From Microcoleus sp. (GTDB lineage Bacteria > Cyanobacteriota > Cyanobacteriia > Cyanobacteriales > Microcoleaceae): a stretch of DNA of 64,000 nt. The position numbers and the translations under genes were made by a program. Position 1 is the first letter of the stretch, and every line of letters begins with the position of its first letter. Positions 8,858-17,717 of this stretch are shown one piece after another. The notes under the pieces were generated by a model, which saw only the letters and a program-made list of their open reading frames with translations, was not told where the DNA came from and made no database searches. The stretch lies in assembly GCA_052279835.1 (NCBI GenBank), contig CP181291.1:1312001-1376000 (forward strand), written 5' to 3'.

Positions 8858-10213
8858 TTAGCAGTTATAGCATCCGGTAACGAAATCTTGGAGTAAGTAT
8901 TTCGGAGTATTTCGGAGTATTTCGCAGTCTGAGAATGCGTATCCATAACCATCATTCCTGTAAACGAAATGTACATCTTTCATGGTTGAAAAGCTGATTC
9001 GGTTCCCGTAGATGAGAACTTCACAACCGTTCTTGTTTGGGGTTTTCACCCGTGCGGTGTAGATTCCTGCTTTCACCTTTTTTCTATCCTTGTCAATCGA
9101 AACCTTGACAATATCGCCAGCACTGACATGATGAAACACATCTTTCGCCCTCTTGACTGCCGGGAATCCTGATGCGTTGACGCGCCGTGCTTGACGGTTC
9201 CCATGTCCTTTACAGGTAACAAGTAAAGGTTGATGGGTTCGCAAATCGAGCGACTGCCCTGATTCCCCAATACAGGCGGCATCTATGCTGTGAGACTTTT
9301 CTAACCCCTGAGAGCATCGGTTATATTTCGTTCTCCCACCCGTCCAGCATTTGACCGAATCACATAATCCTTTCGCCATTCGCACAATTGCGTAACGAGT
9401 CGCGTTGACTGCTGCCGCATCCTTCAAAGGTTTCTTTACTTGTTTGAGAATTCGATCTAAAATGTTCGGCTTTTGTGACAAAAAATCTCGAATGTCTCGA
9501 TCGCCTTTCGCCTGGTTGCAAGCATGACAAGCCAATGTAAGATTAGAAACCCGATCGCTTCCTCCTTTTGATTTTGGATGAATATGTTCGATTTCTAAAG
9601 GAATATTCTCAGTGCCACAGTACGCACATTTTCTCTCCCATTTCTCCAAGAGATATTCCCGCACTTCATAGCCGAATAATGTCCCTTGCTGATAGTCAAG
9701 GCCATTGATTTCAGGATTCTGCAACTTCTGCATATCGAAGCGAACTTGCTCGATTTCAACGCCATCCACGGGGCAATACCGAATCAACCGCTTAATCCAC
9801 GTCTCAACGGTTAAGACGCGGTGCGCAATAGAAGGTGCTAACCATCCTTGGGGTTTGCGGCGATCGAATCGCTTGGAGCGATACCGCAGATTGCGAGAAC
9901 GTCTTCCCCGTCTGAATCCTGCGCGTTGCTCCAGGCCTGCTTTAATCGTTTCGCCACGATGCTGCAACTCCATCCTCCACACAATATCTTGACCGCATTG
10001 CAAGGCGAATCCGGTGAATTTTGACCCCGGATCTATTTTGATGGAATACAACTTGATGACAGGATTCTGCACTTGCTCTTGCAAAATCAAAACGTAGGGA
10101 TATTGGCGAAACACTTTCGCTTTCTCCTTTGATTGAAGCTCTCTTGCACGGGTAGGATGAATCAGAGCTAATGGCGTTTTATCGGCATTCAAAAGAAACA
10201 CATGATTTGGCAT
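8858..10213 (-). CDS. iscB: RNA-guided endonuclease IscB (IS200/IS605 OMEGA; RRXRR + HNH + split RuvC)
   Basis: PLMP-like N-terminus (TPLALIHPTRAREL), RuvC-I IDPGSK, bridge helix RRGRRSRNLRYR, RuvC-II IEQVRFD, HNH CAYC...EHIHPKSKGG...NLTLACHACN, RuvC-III SHSIDAAC, terminal DGYGY. Confidence 0.95.
   Translation of the reverse strand: MPNHVFLLNADKTPLALIHPTRARELQSKEKAKVFRQYPYVLILQEQVQNPVIKLYSIKIDPGSKFTGFALQCGQDIVWRMELQHRGETIKAGLEQRAGFRRGRRSRNLRYRSKRFDRRKPQGWLAPSIAHRVLTVETWIKRLIRYCPVDGVEIEQVRFDMQKLQNPEINGLDYQQGTLFGYEVREYLLEKWERKCAYCGTENIPLEIEHIHPKSKGGSDRVSNLTLACHACNQAKGDRDIRDFLSQKPNILDRILKQVKKPLKDAAAVNATRYAIVRMAKGLCDSVKCWTGGRTKYNRCSQGLEKSHSIDAACIGESGQSLDLRTHQPLLVTCKGHGNRQARRVNASGFPAVKRAKDVFHHVSAGDIVKVSIDKDRKKVKAGIYTARVKTPNKNGCEVLIYGNRISFSTMKDVHFVYRNDGYGYAFSDCEILRNTPKYLLQDFVTGCYNC
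8896..8925. repeat. 3 x 10-bp tandem repeat AGTATTTCG(G/C)
   Basis: Read directly; lies just past the DGYGY motif of iscB. Confidence 0.85.
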
Positions 10214-10475
10214 TTCTGCCTTCTCCAAATATTGGGTTAAGTTTGCTTCGATCGGCTTGAGGGCTTGTTAATCGGTTTGGTGTTCTACCTTCAGAAACTA
10301 GGCGATGTTCCTCCCCTAACCGCTTGGGACTAGCAATCTCTATAGCTGAGAAAATCCCATTAAGGTTGTGACCTTTCAAGCGTCTCCACCTTGCTCAAGG
10401 GTGGGATCTGGCGTAGCAGGTAGATTAACTACTGAAGATTCGGGAAGACCCCGAATTACTCTGTTTCTTTGCTAC
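10214..10475 (-). ncRNA. HEARO/omega-RNA scaffold upstream of iscB (predicted guide about 10476-10495)
   Basis: Minus strand: GTAGCA...TGCTAC 5' stem followed by GCCAG, hairpins TTCGGG/CCCGAA and CCTTG/CAAGG, GGGA...CTAGTCCC stem, long-range GCTTGA/TCAAGC, and 3' CGAAGCAAACTTAACC. Boundaries are inferred. Confidence 0.75.
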
Positions 10476-10680
10476 TCATTTCTGCCAGTTGCTGGGCCAT
10501 ATAGTTAATCTGTGCTTCTTATTCAGCTTTAACTTCAGCCCTGATTTCCTCTCTGAGTTCTGCTCGAATTTTTGCCATCTCAACCGCCAAACGAACTTCC
10601 CAGCCTCGATATTGGTAGGAGATGAAGAATTCGAGTTTAAGCTTCTAGTTGGAGTCCTCCCAAACAAGAAACTCGATTTC
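10456..10680 (-). pseudogene. Decayed coiled-coil ORF remnant overlapping the omega-RNA 5' end
   Basis: Reads EFLVWEDSN*KLKLEFFISYQYRGWEVRLAVEMAKIRAELREEIRAEVKAE*EAQINYMAQQLAEMSSKETE*. Confidence 0.5.
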
Positions 10681-10853
10681 CCTCTGGAAAGTTTTTGATA
10701 CTCATGGGTGTCGATTTTTCTAGTTCGGGATTGCCAACTCAGCGATAGGAGCCAAAGTTAGACCTTCTCGATTTTCCTCTGAAAGGTTTTTTGACACCCA
10801 TGGGTCTCACTTTTTCCCGGTTCGGGATTCAAAACTCAGCATTTAGGAACCTA
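10672..10853. repeat. Two imperfect ~85-bp direct repeats, 95-bp period, palindromic core
   Basis: Copies start at 10672 and 10767; cores GATACTCATGGGTGTC and GACACCCATGGGTCTC. Confidence 0.8.
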
Positions 10854-10910
10854 AACAATTATCTATTCGGACTCCCAAATGCTTCTGCCTCTGAGGATAC
10901 AGATATCTGC

Positions 10911-12065
10911 CTAGGCGACGGGTGCGAGCTTTTTAACTTTCTCTTCCAAGGAATCCATCAGAGATTGGAACGGGCTGACGAATTTCTCAATCCCCTCCAA
11001 GAGCAAGTCGGCCATCACTTTATCCAAATCGATGTCGATGTCGGGATCTTTGAGACTTTCGATCAGCGTGTAAGCTTCTTCGACATTGCTCTCAATCCGG
11101 GGTGCGACATCGCAGTGATCGAAACAAGCCTCAACGGTGTTGGGAGGCAAAGTATTCACCGTGTCGGGACCGATCAATTCATCGACGTACATCACATCGC
11201 TGTAGTTAGGGTTTTTGGTGCTGGTACTCGCCCACAACAGCCGCTGCACTTCGGCTCCCTTGGCTGCTAGTGCTTGCCAGCGATCGCTCGCTACGATTTC
11301 TTTATACTTCTGGTAAGCTACTTTGGCATTGGCGATCGCAATTTTTCCCTTCACCGCTTCCAGTTTGGCTTTCGTAGAAATATCGGTGACATTTTTGAGT
11401 TTCTCGTCAATTTGACCGTCGATATTAATGTCGATCCGGCTCAAGAAGAAACTGGCAACAGAGGCAATATTGCTCACATCCAAACCTTTAGCTGCTCGCG
11501 CTTCCAAGCCGCGAATGTAAGCCCAAAAGGTTTCGACGTAGCTGTCAACAGAGAACAGCAAAGTCACGTTAACATTAATCCCTTCGCTGATGACTCGTTC
11601 GACAGCCGGCAATCCTTGAGCAGTTCCCGGAATCTTGATCATCACATTTGGTTTGCCGATCGCCTGATAATAGCGTAAGGCTTCGCTAATCGTGCTTTCG
11701 GTATCGTTGGCGATCGTCGGTGGCACTTCAATGCTGATGTAACCGTCCAAACCTTTGGACTCTTCGTACACTGGAGCGAAGATATCGCAAGCATTGCGGA
11801 TATCTTCAAAAACTAGAGATTCGTAAATTTCGAGTACAGATTTACCCGCCCGGATACCAGCTTCGATATCGGCATCGTAAATCACATTGCCCGCGATCGC
11901 TTTCTCGAAAATGGCAGGATTAGATGTAATTCCCCGCAATCCGCGACTTTCAATCATCTTTTTGAGTTCGCCGGACTCGATCAGATTGCGAGTCAAATTG
12001 TCCATCCAGATGCTCTGGCCGATTTCTTTGATTTCTAACAGGTGATTCTTGGTCGTTTCCGTCAT
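10911..12065 (-). CDS. tal: Transaldolase
   Basis: GITSNPAIF, MIKIPGT, NVTLLFS, QRLLWASTSTKNP. Confidence 0.97.
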   Translation of the reverse strand: MTETTKNHLLEIKEIGQSIWMDNLTRNLIESGELKKMIESRGLRGITSNPAIFEKAIAGNVIYDADIEAGIRAGKSVLEIYESLVFEDIRNACDIFAPVYEESKGLDGYISIEVPPTIANDTESTISEALRYYQAIGKPNVMIKIPGTAQGLPAVERVISEGINVNVTLLFSVDSYVETFWAYIRGLEARAAKGLDVSNIASVASFFLSRIDINIDGQIDEKLKNVTDISTKAKLEAVKGKIAIANAKVAYQKYKEIVASDRWQALAAKGAEVQRLLWASTSTKNPNYSDVMYVDELIGPDTVNTLPPNTVEACFDHCDVAPRIESNVEEAYTLIESLKDPDIDIDLDKVMADLLLEGIEKFVSPFQSLMDSLEEKVKKLAPVA

Positions 12066-12091
12066 GATCTGTAACTCCTACAATTTGATAT

Positions 12092-12213
12092 TTGGTAATT
12101 GGGAATTGGTAATTGGGTATTGGTAATTGGGTATTGGTAATTGGGAATTGGTAATTGGGCAGCTACAACTTTCTTCCTTCTTCCTTCTTCCCTCTACCTT
12201 CTTCCTTCTTCCT
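12092..12213. repeat. STRR tandem repeats (TTGGTAA/TTGGGAA)n then (TTCTTCC)n
   Basis: Read directly in the fbp-tal spacer. Confidence 0.9.
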
Positions 12214-13287
12214 TCACTCCAGAACTGTTCGAGGATTGCGCGATCGATCTTGAATAAACGACTCTACGAGGGCGACATCTTCTTTGCTGCCAATAATCAA
12301 AGGCGTGCGCTCGTGAAGTTGAGTTGGCACCACATCCAAGATGTCTTGAATGCCCGTACTAGCCCGCCCGCCGGCTTGTTCCATCAAAAACGCCAAAGGA
12401 GCAGATTCGTACAGCAAGCGCAATTTGCCCTCCGGTTTTTTCACCGTTCCGGGGTACAAAAAGACACCTCCCTGAAATAAAATCCGGTGAAAATCTCCCA
12501 CCAAAGCCCCGCCGTACCGGGCACTGTAACCTTGATTGCGGTGGACGTAGCGAATGTAATCCCGATAAGATTCATCCCACTGCCAGAAGTTGCCTTCATT
12601 GACGCTGTAAACCGGGCCGCTTGCAGGCGTCTGAATGTTTTCGGTTGCTAGAATGAATTCGCCCAAACTGGGGTCGAGGGTGAAGGAATGGACACCTTGA
12701 CCGATGGAATAAACCAGCATGGTACTGGGACCGTAAAGCACGTAGCCGGCGGCGATTTGTTTGTGTCCGTGTTGCAGCAAGTCTGAGGCTGAGCCATCTG
12801 CATCGTCCCCCTCTTGCTTGCGGATGCTGAATATGGAACCGACATTGAGATTGGTGTCGAGATTGGAAGAACCATCTATGGGGTCGTAGAGCAGGCTGTA
12901 GCGCCCGATCGGACAATTTTCGGGAATATAGTAGGGTTTTTCCATTTCCTCCGAAGCCAAGCGGCAGACAAGTCCGCTTTGCTGGAATACGGAGATAAAA
13001 ACTTCATTAGCATAGACATCCATCTTTTTGACGGATTCTCCCTGGACGTTGACAGCCCCTGTAAACCCCAAGGCATCTGCCATTAATCCAGCCCTACTCA
13101 GTCGCCTCGCGATCAGCTTGGCCGCGAGTCCGATGCGATTCATCAGGGCACTGAGATCCTGAGCATCTGCACTAAAGCTATGAAGTTGCTGGAGTACGTG
13201 ACGGGATAGAGTCGTGCAATCGCGGTCTAAGGCTTGCACCTGATCGATCGGACCCAGACGGGTTTCTCCTGTCGGCGCTTGTACCAT
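12214..13287 (-). CDS. fbp: Fructose-1,6-bisphosphatase class I
   Basis: [29 protein letters not shown]. Confidence 0.97.
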   Translation of the reverse strand: MVQAPTGETRLGPIDQVQALDRDCTTLSRHVLQQLHSFSADAQDLSALMNRIGLAAKLIARRLSRAGLMADALGFTGAVNVQGESVKKMDVYANEVFISVFQQSGLVCRLASEEMEKPYYIPENCPIGRYSLLYDPIDGSSNLDTNLNVGSIFSIRKQEGDDADGSASDLLQHGHKQIAAGYVLYGPSTMLVYSIGQGVHSFTLDPSLGEFILATENIQTPASGPVYSVNEGNFWQWDESYRDYIRYVHRNQGYSARYGGALVGDFHRILFQGGVFLYPGTVKKPEGKLRLLYESAPLAFLMEQAGGRASTGIQDILDVVPTQLHERTPLIIGSKEDVALVESFIQDRSRNPRTVLE

Positions 13288-13362
13288 GATTTTGATAACC
13301 TCCCTGTCTTGCGGCTCTGGATTTGGGTTCTTCAGGTGCTTGACACTTGCTCCTGAATCGGG

Positions 13363-13497
13363 TATGAGACCGATCGCCCTCTAAGTTATATCTTAGGGAG
13401 GGTTTTGCCAAAGGGGGTAGAACTTTAGGGGAATTTTAGATCCGGTGGAAAATTGAGGAGTGCGATCGGCTGTTGAGTCGGGAATTGTATTCAAAAT
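13363..13497. repeat. ~135-bp direct repeat, copy A (fbp upstream region)
   Basis: Matches 14536-14672, e.g. the shared AAAATTGAGGAGTGCGATCG and CTGTTGAGTCGGGAATTGTATTCAAAAT. Confidence 0.9.
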
Positions 13498-13650
13498 CAC
13501 TAATTTTTTGATTTACCGCAGAAAGTGTTGGTTTCGGAATTTAGGTTTGGTGTGTAGCAGAAAGAAGTTAGGCAACGGATTTAACGGAGGTCAGTCCATC
13601 GAACCCACTGCTAAAATGATTTTAAAATCAATACATCGGAAAGCTGTCCT

Positions 13651-14460
13651 ATGCCCTCTCCCTTTCCCGGAATGGACCCCTACTTAGAACACCCCGATTT
13701 TTGGCAGGAAACTCACAATCGATTAATTGTCGCGATCGCTGATAGCATCATGCCTCAAATTCGCCCTAAATATGAAATTGCGATCGACAAACGCATCTAT
13801 GAAATTACCGAACCCAATGACAGTAACAGTAGTGGTGAATGGCTTTTAGTTGGTATCCCCGACGTGGCGATTAAACGTCAATCTAATCATCCCGATGCTG
13901 CTACCGGTTCAGTTGCTACTGTAGCTGTTACACTTCCTGCTACCGTCAAAGTGCCAACTCCTGCAAAAATTAAACAGGCTTACCTGGAAGTGCGAGAAAT
14001 GACAACTAAACAAGTTGTCACGGCAATTGAAATTCTTTCTCCTGTCAACAAACGCAGTGGAGAAGGCAGACTTACGTATCTCAAAAAACGCCAGAGTATT
14101 TTAGGTAGCTTAACCAATTTAGTGGAAATCGACTTGTTGCGAAGCTGGGAACCGATGCCTGTACTCAACAGTTCCATTCAAAGCGATTATCGGGTTTTAG
14201 TCAGTCGTAGCGATCGCCGTCCTTTTGCCGAACTTTATGGTTTTAATCTCCGGGATTCTCTACCTGTATTTCCGGTGCCATTGCGCGAAGAAGATGTAGA
14301 ACCTATTGTTAATTTACCGGAATTGTTCGCAGGTATTTACGATCGCGCCGGCTATGATTATCGGATCGATTACGATCGAGAACCGGTACCATCCCTGTCA
14401 GAAGAAAATCGGGTTTGGGCACAGGAACTTTTACAAGAAACAGGATTGCGAGATAATTAA
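13651..14460 (+). CDS. DUF4058 family protein
   Basis: MPSPFPGMDPYLE start, AIEILSPVNK, LVEIDLLR. Confidence 0.9.
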   Translation: MPSPFPGMDPYLEHPDFWQETHNRLIVAIADSIMPQIRPKYEIAIDKRIYEITEPNDSNSSGEWLLVGIPDVAIKRQSNHPDAATGSVATVAVTLPATVKVPTPAKIKQAYLEVREMTTKQVVTAIEILSPVNKRSGEGRLTYLKKRQSILGSLTNLVEIDLLRSWEPMPVLNSSIQSDYRVLVSRSDRRPFAELYGFNLRDSLPVFPVPLREEDVEPIVNLPELFAGIYDRAGYDYRIDYDREPVPSLSEENRVWAQELLQETGLRDN

Positions 14461-14535
14461 TTCTATTTTACCTTATTAATCGGCGATACTTTGGCTGTAA
14501 TGCTCGATCGAGTAGGGATGACTGTCAAAGTTGAA

Positions 14536-14672
14536 TATGAGAGCGATCGCCCTGTAAGTTCTATCTTAGGGATGGTTTTGCGATCGGGCGTAGAACTTTA
14601 GGTGAACTTTAGATCCGTTACATAAAATTGAGGAGTGCGATCGACTGTTGAGTCGGGAATTGTATTCAAAAT
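14536..14672. repeat. ~135-bp direct repeat, copy B
   Basis: Matches 13363-13497. Confidence 0.9.
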
Positions 14673-14762
14673 ATAGAATCATTTCACTCCTTTGGCTGTC
14701 GCGGATTGAATAAATCAATAAAAAATATCTGATCGCGACAGTCAAAGGGCAGAATATCGGGA

Positions 14763-15392
14763 CTAACTCTCGTTATGCTCTTTGCGCGCTTTTTTGTGGT
14801 TGATGACGTACACGCCCCAAGGGAGCCGAATTCCAGTAAGCGCCGTCAGTCGCAAGTGAGCGTGTTCGGGATTCGAGGCATCCAAATCCGTCCAACTGAG
14901 GTTAGTTTTTTGCAAGTTTGCCTCAGCTAAATTAGCACCGTTGAGATTAGCCCAACTCGCATCAGCATAGCTGAGATTTGCACGGCTTAAATTGGCTCGT
15001 TCTAAGTCTCCTCGACTTAAGTTAGATCCTTCTAAATCAGCTTTGTGGAAGTTACAGCCAATGGCGCGAATGCTGTGCAAATCAGCTTGATGCAATTTGG
15101 CACTGGCAAAGTTGGCACTTTCAGCGCGTGCAAAACTGAGCACAGCCCAACTGAGGTTAGTTTGGCTACAATTAGCCTGTGTTAAGTTGGCTTTTGATAG
15201 GTTTGTTCCTTCTAAATTAGCTTTCCACAGTACCGCACTATAAAAGTTAATTTCTGAGAGGTTCATGCCACTTAAATCGGCTCCTGTGAGATTGGTGTAG
15301 CTGAAATCTCTCTGTCCTCGATCGAATTCGTCGCGAAACTGCGCGGTGTTCATTTGTTTGCGGTTGGAAGTTGCGTTAAAAGATGTCATCAT
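14763..15392 (-). CDS. Pentapeptide repeat protein
   Basis: GQRDFS start followed by many A(N/D)Lxx repeats. Confidence 0.95.
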   Translation of the reverse strand: MMTSFNATSNRKQMNTAQFRDEFDRGQRDFSYTNLTGADLSGMNLSEINFYSAVLWKANLEGTNLSKANLTQANCSQTNLSWAVLSFARAESANFASAKLHQADLHSIRAIGCNFHKADLEGSNLSRGDLERANLSRANLSYADASWANLNGANLAEANLQKTNLSWTDLDASNPEHAHLRLTALTGIRLPWGVYVINHKKARKEHNES

Positions 15393-15431
15393 GGCTGTTT
15401 TCCTGAGTTATTTTGAGTTTATTGAGTTCGC

Positions 15432-15459
15432 AGCCACTCTGGGAATTGGAGAGTGGCTA
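15432..15459. terminator. Hairpin between the hypothetical gene and the pentapeptide gene
   Basis: AGCCACTCT...AGAGTGGCT 9-bp stem. Confidence 0.5.
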
Positions 15460-15470
15460 AAAGTGAGAAG

Positions 15471-16238
15471 TTATCGGTATGATTTGGGAGCCACGAACTT
15501 AGTACCGCCTGCAATTTTGCGCTGGAGTGCTTGCTGGAGGAAGTTACCTAAAAAGTCAGCGGCACTGGGGGCAAATTCCAGATATTTGTGGAGTCGGTAG
15601 AAGTTTCCGATTGCGTCTTCTGCGGGAACGAATTCTTTGGTAAGTTCGCGAATTCGCAGGTGTTCCGCAAGGTACTGGCGGATGTATTTTAGGTCGTTGA
15701 TAGATTTGCGAAGGTCTTCGGCCTCTATTTCTTCTGGGCTCGATCGCGATTTCCAGAACTGGAACTGTCGTTGAACGGTGTGCTGTTCGGCGGTATCGAG
15801 GAGGTATTCTGCGGCTTTGAGGAAGCGCTGAATTTCTTCCCGGATGCCCGATCGCACTTGTTGTTCGATGTCGTCTGCGAGGTGTTTCTGGACGAGTGCA
15901 TCCGCCAATGTATTTAGCAGAATTTGAATTTTCCCAGAAGCTGTCAGAATGTCAGCTTGTGCGAGTTGCAGCTTTTCCAGGAGAATGTCGCAGTGATTTG
16001 GGAGGATTTGTGCTCCCTCAGAGGCATTTTCAACGGCGTAAACTTGGTCTAGGTACTGTACCAACTCCGGGTAGTCAATGCGTCCGGTTTGTTGCAAGTG
16101 AGCGATATAGAGGCTTAGCAGGCGGATTTTGTATTCTGAGTCGGATGTAGATCGCGGCTGCTGCACAACCGGGTTTTCTGAGTCGGGAACTAAGGAGATG
16201 CGGGTTTTGGCGGAGCTGGGATGTTGTGAGTTGATCAT
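15471..16238 (-). CDS. Hypothetical helical protein, 255 aa
   Basis: ATG ORF preceded by AGAGG; no family recognised. Confidence 0.75.
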   Translation of the reverse strand: MINSQHPSSAKTRISLVPDSENPVVQQPRSTSDSEYKIRLLSLYIAHLQQTGRIDYPELVQYLDQVYAVENASEGAQILPNHCDILLEKLQLAQADILTASGKIQILLNTLADALVQKHLADDIEQQVRSGIREEIQRFLKAAEYLLDTAEQHTVQRQFQFWKSRSSPEEIEAEDLRKSINDLKYIRQYLAEHLRIRELTKEFVPAEDAIGNFYRLHKYLEFAPSAADFLGNFLQQALQRKIAGGTKFVAPKSYR

Positions 16239-16315
16239 GTTGACCTCTTTGATGGGCGATTGCTAATTTTTTGGGTGAGGGGCGCGACGAAAGCAAGTTG
16301 CCGCGCACCCTGCAA

Positions 16316-17536
16316 TTAGTTGAAATTGCTGTCGTTGTCAGAGTTGGGGCGGATGTCAGCCAAGGTTTCTGCCTGGGCCATCAGTTCCCGGCGGCGGGCT
16401 TCCAGCCAAAAGTCTCGCTGAAGCTTGACTGCATCGCTGAACGATTTTTTGGTGTCTTCGCGGAAAGCAAGGGCGATCGTCATCGCGCAAGCATAGCCGC
16501 TAGTAATCACTGACAGCAGCAGCATGAATAAGGGGAAACCCATTCCTGCGATGTCGCCACTCAGGAGTTTGTTCGTGCAACTGAGGATTGCCATTCGTGT
16601 TGCTTCAATCCCCGAAGCAATTTCACCGGCTGGGGTAAAGTGTTGTTGATAAAGTAAGGGCATTTCTTGTTTGAGAAAGGCAAGATCGTTACCCATTTGG
16701 AGACGGATTACTAGCAACTGTTCCATGTTTTTCTTGGCAGTTTCATAGTTTTGATAGGCTTCTGTTTCCAGGCGAACGACTCGACGGCAGATAGGAAGTT
16801 GTTCAGAGGGAACTTGATTCCAATCGGTATTGCGATCGCCCCAAGGTCCGTACAGTTGCACGTAAAACGAGTCCCATCGCGGATTGGTTCTGTCGAGTTG
16901 ATTTAATTGCTGTTCTCCTTCTTGGCATCGTTGCCGAGTTTGTTGATATTGGGGGCTGTCAAGTTGCTTGAGGGTTTCGACTTGTTGTATCTGTTTTTGA
17001 ATTGATTCTGCTGCTTTCATCTGGCTCAGACCTGATTGATCGAGCATTAATACTGTGCCGCAGAGAGAGGCGAGCGACTGGAGGATATTGATTGATAGGG
17101 AGGCATATATCGCCCATAATTGCCATGTTTTGTTGTATTTTGTGCGGGATGAAACAGCCGTCGTGGTGTCATTAGTGAATTTCAAAATCAGGAGGTTGCA
17201 CAACGAAGTCAAAACCACACCAAAAAAACCCATGTCCTTAAAGGCAAAGAACAGTAAGGGATAATTTGTGAAGAAGTTAAACAAGCTGCTGACAGTAACT
17301 GTCCCGGCAGTCAGTGTTGCTTGCTTCGCCAAGTCTTCGGAAACGACAGCCGTTCCGTGAAAGGCTTTTGGATCGGCGATGAGTAATTCCTTTAATGCGT
17401 TGAGGAATATCATCTGCGAGGAATTTTTTGGTTTTTCGGTAGTAGGTGGATTTCTTGCCTGTTCGCGGAGAGTGGCGTATTTATGATCTTGCTCAATGGA
17501 GTAGAGTAAATCATCAACTTTGGGTAGTTTTGGCAT
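16316..17536 (-). CDS. Hypothetical membrane protein (about 4 TM segments plus a Gln-rich coiled-coil loop)
   Basis: Three N-terminal hydrophobic segments, a long soluble loop with two Cys, and a C-terminal TM (GFPLFMLLLSVITSGYACAMTIALAF). Confidence 0.8.
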   Translation of the reverse strand: MPKLPKVDDLLYSIEQDHKYATLREQARNPPTTEKPKNSSQMIFLNALKELLIADPKAFHGTAVVSEDLAKQATLTAGTVTVSSLFNFFTNYPLLFFAFKDMGFFGVVLTSLCNLLILKFTNDTTTAVSSRTKYNKTWQLWAIYASLSINILQSLASLCGTVLMLDQSGLSQMKAAESIQKQIQQVETLKQLDSPQYQQTRQRCQEGEQQLNQLDRTNPRWDSFYVQLYGPWGDRNTDWNQVPSEQLPICRRVVRLETEAYQNYETAKKNMEQLLVIRLQMGNDLAFLKQEMPLLYQQHFTPAGEIASGIEATRMAILSCTNKLLSGDIAGMGFPLFMLLLSVITSGYACAMTIALAFREDTKKSFSDAVKLQRDFWLEARRRELMAQAETLADIRPNSDNDSNFN

Positions 17537-17633
17537 ATCTATGCTTTTTATGGGAGAATAACCTGAGATCAGGTGTTCTGGTCTTCGCTATCCATCGTAT
17601 GATTAGATTCCCAAAAACCTTTTGGTGTTAGGC

Positions 17634-17670
17634 TTTGAGTTGGTTTTGAGTTTTTTGAGTTTTTTGACTT
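17634..17670. promoter_or_regulatory. Direct-repeat array TTTGAGTT x4 in a divergent promoter (candidate operator)
   Basis: TGAGTT at 17636, 17647 and 17656; TGACTT at 17665. Confidence 0.5.
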
Positions 17671-17717
17671 GTAACAAAACTTTATATTTTTGTCGGTGTA
17701 AGTTCTGTGGAGGGACT

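Noticed and set aside
10179..10379. 66-aa ORF upstream of iscB as a TnpA or accessory protein
   Set aside because: No HUH/Y1 motif; it overlaps the omega-RNA scaffold
10672..10853. CRISPR array next to iscB
   Set aside because: Only two long imperfect units with about 10 bp between them; no repeat-spacer pattern and no cas genes
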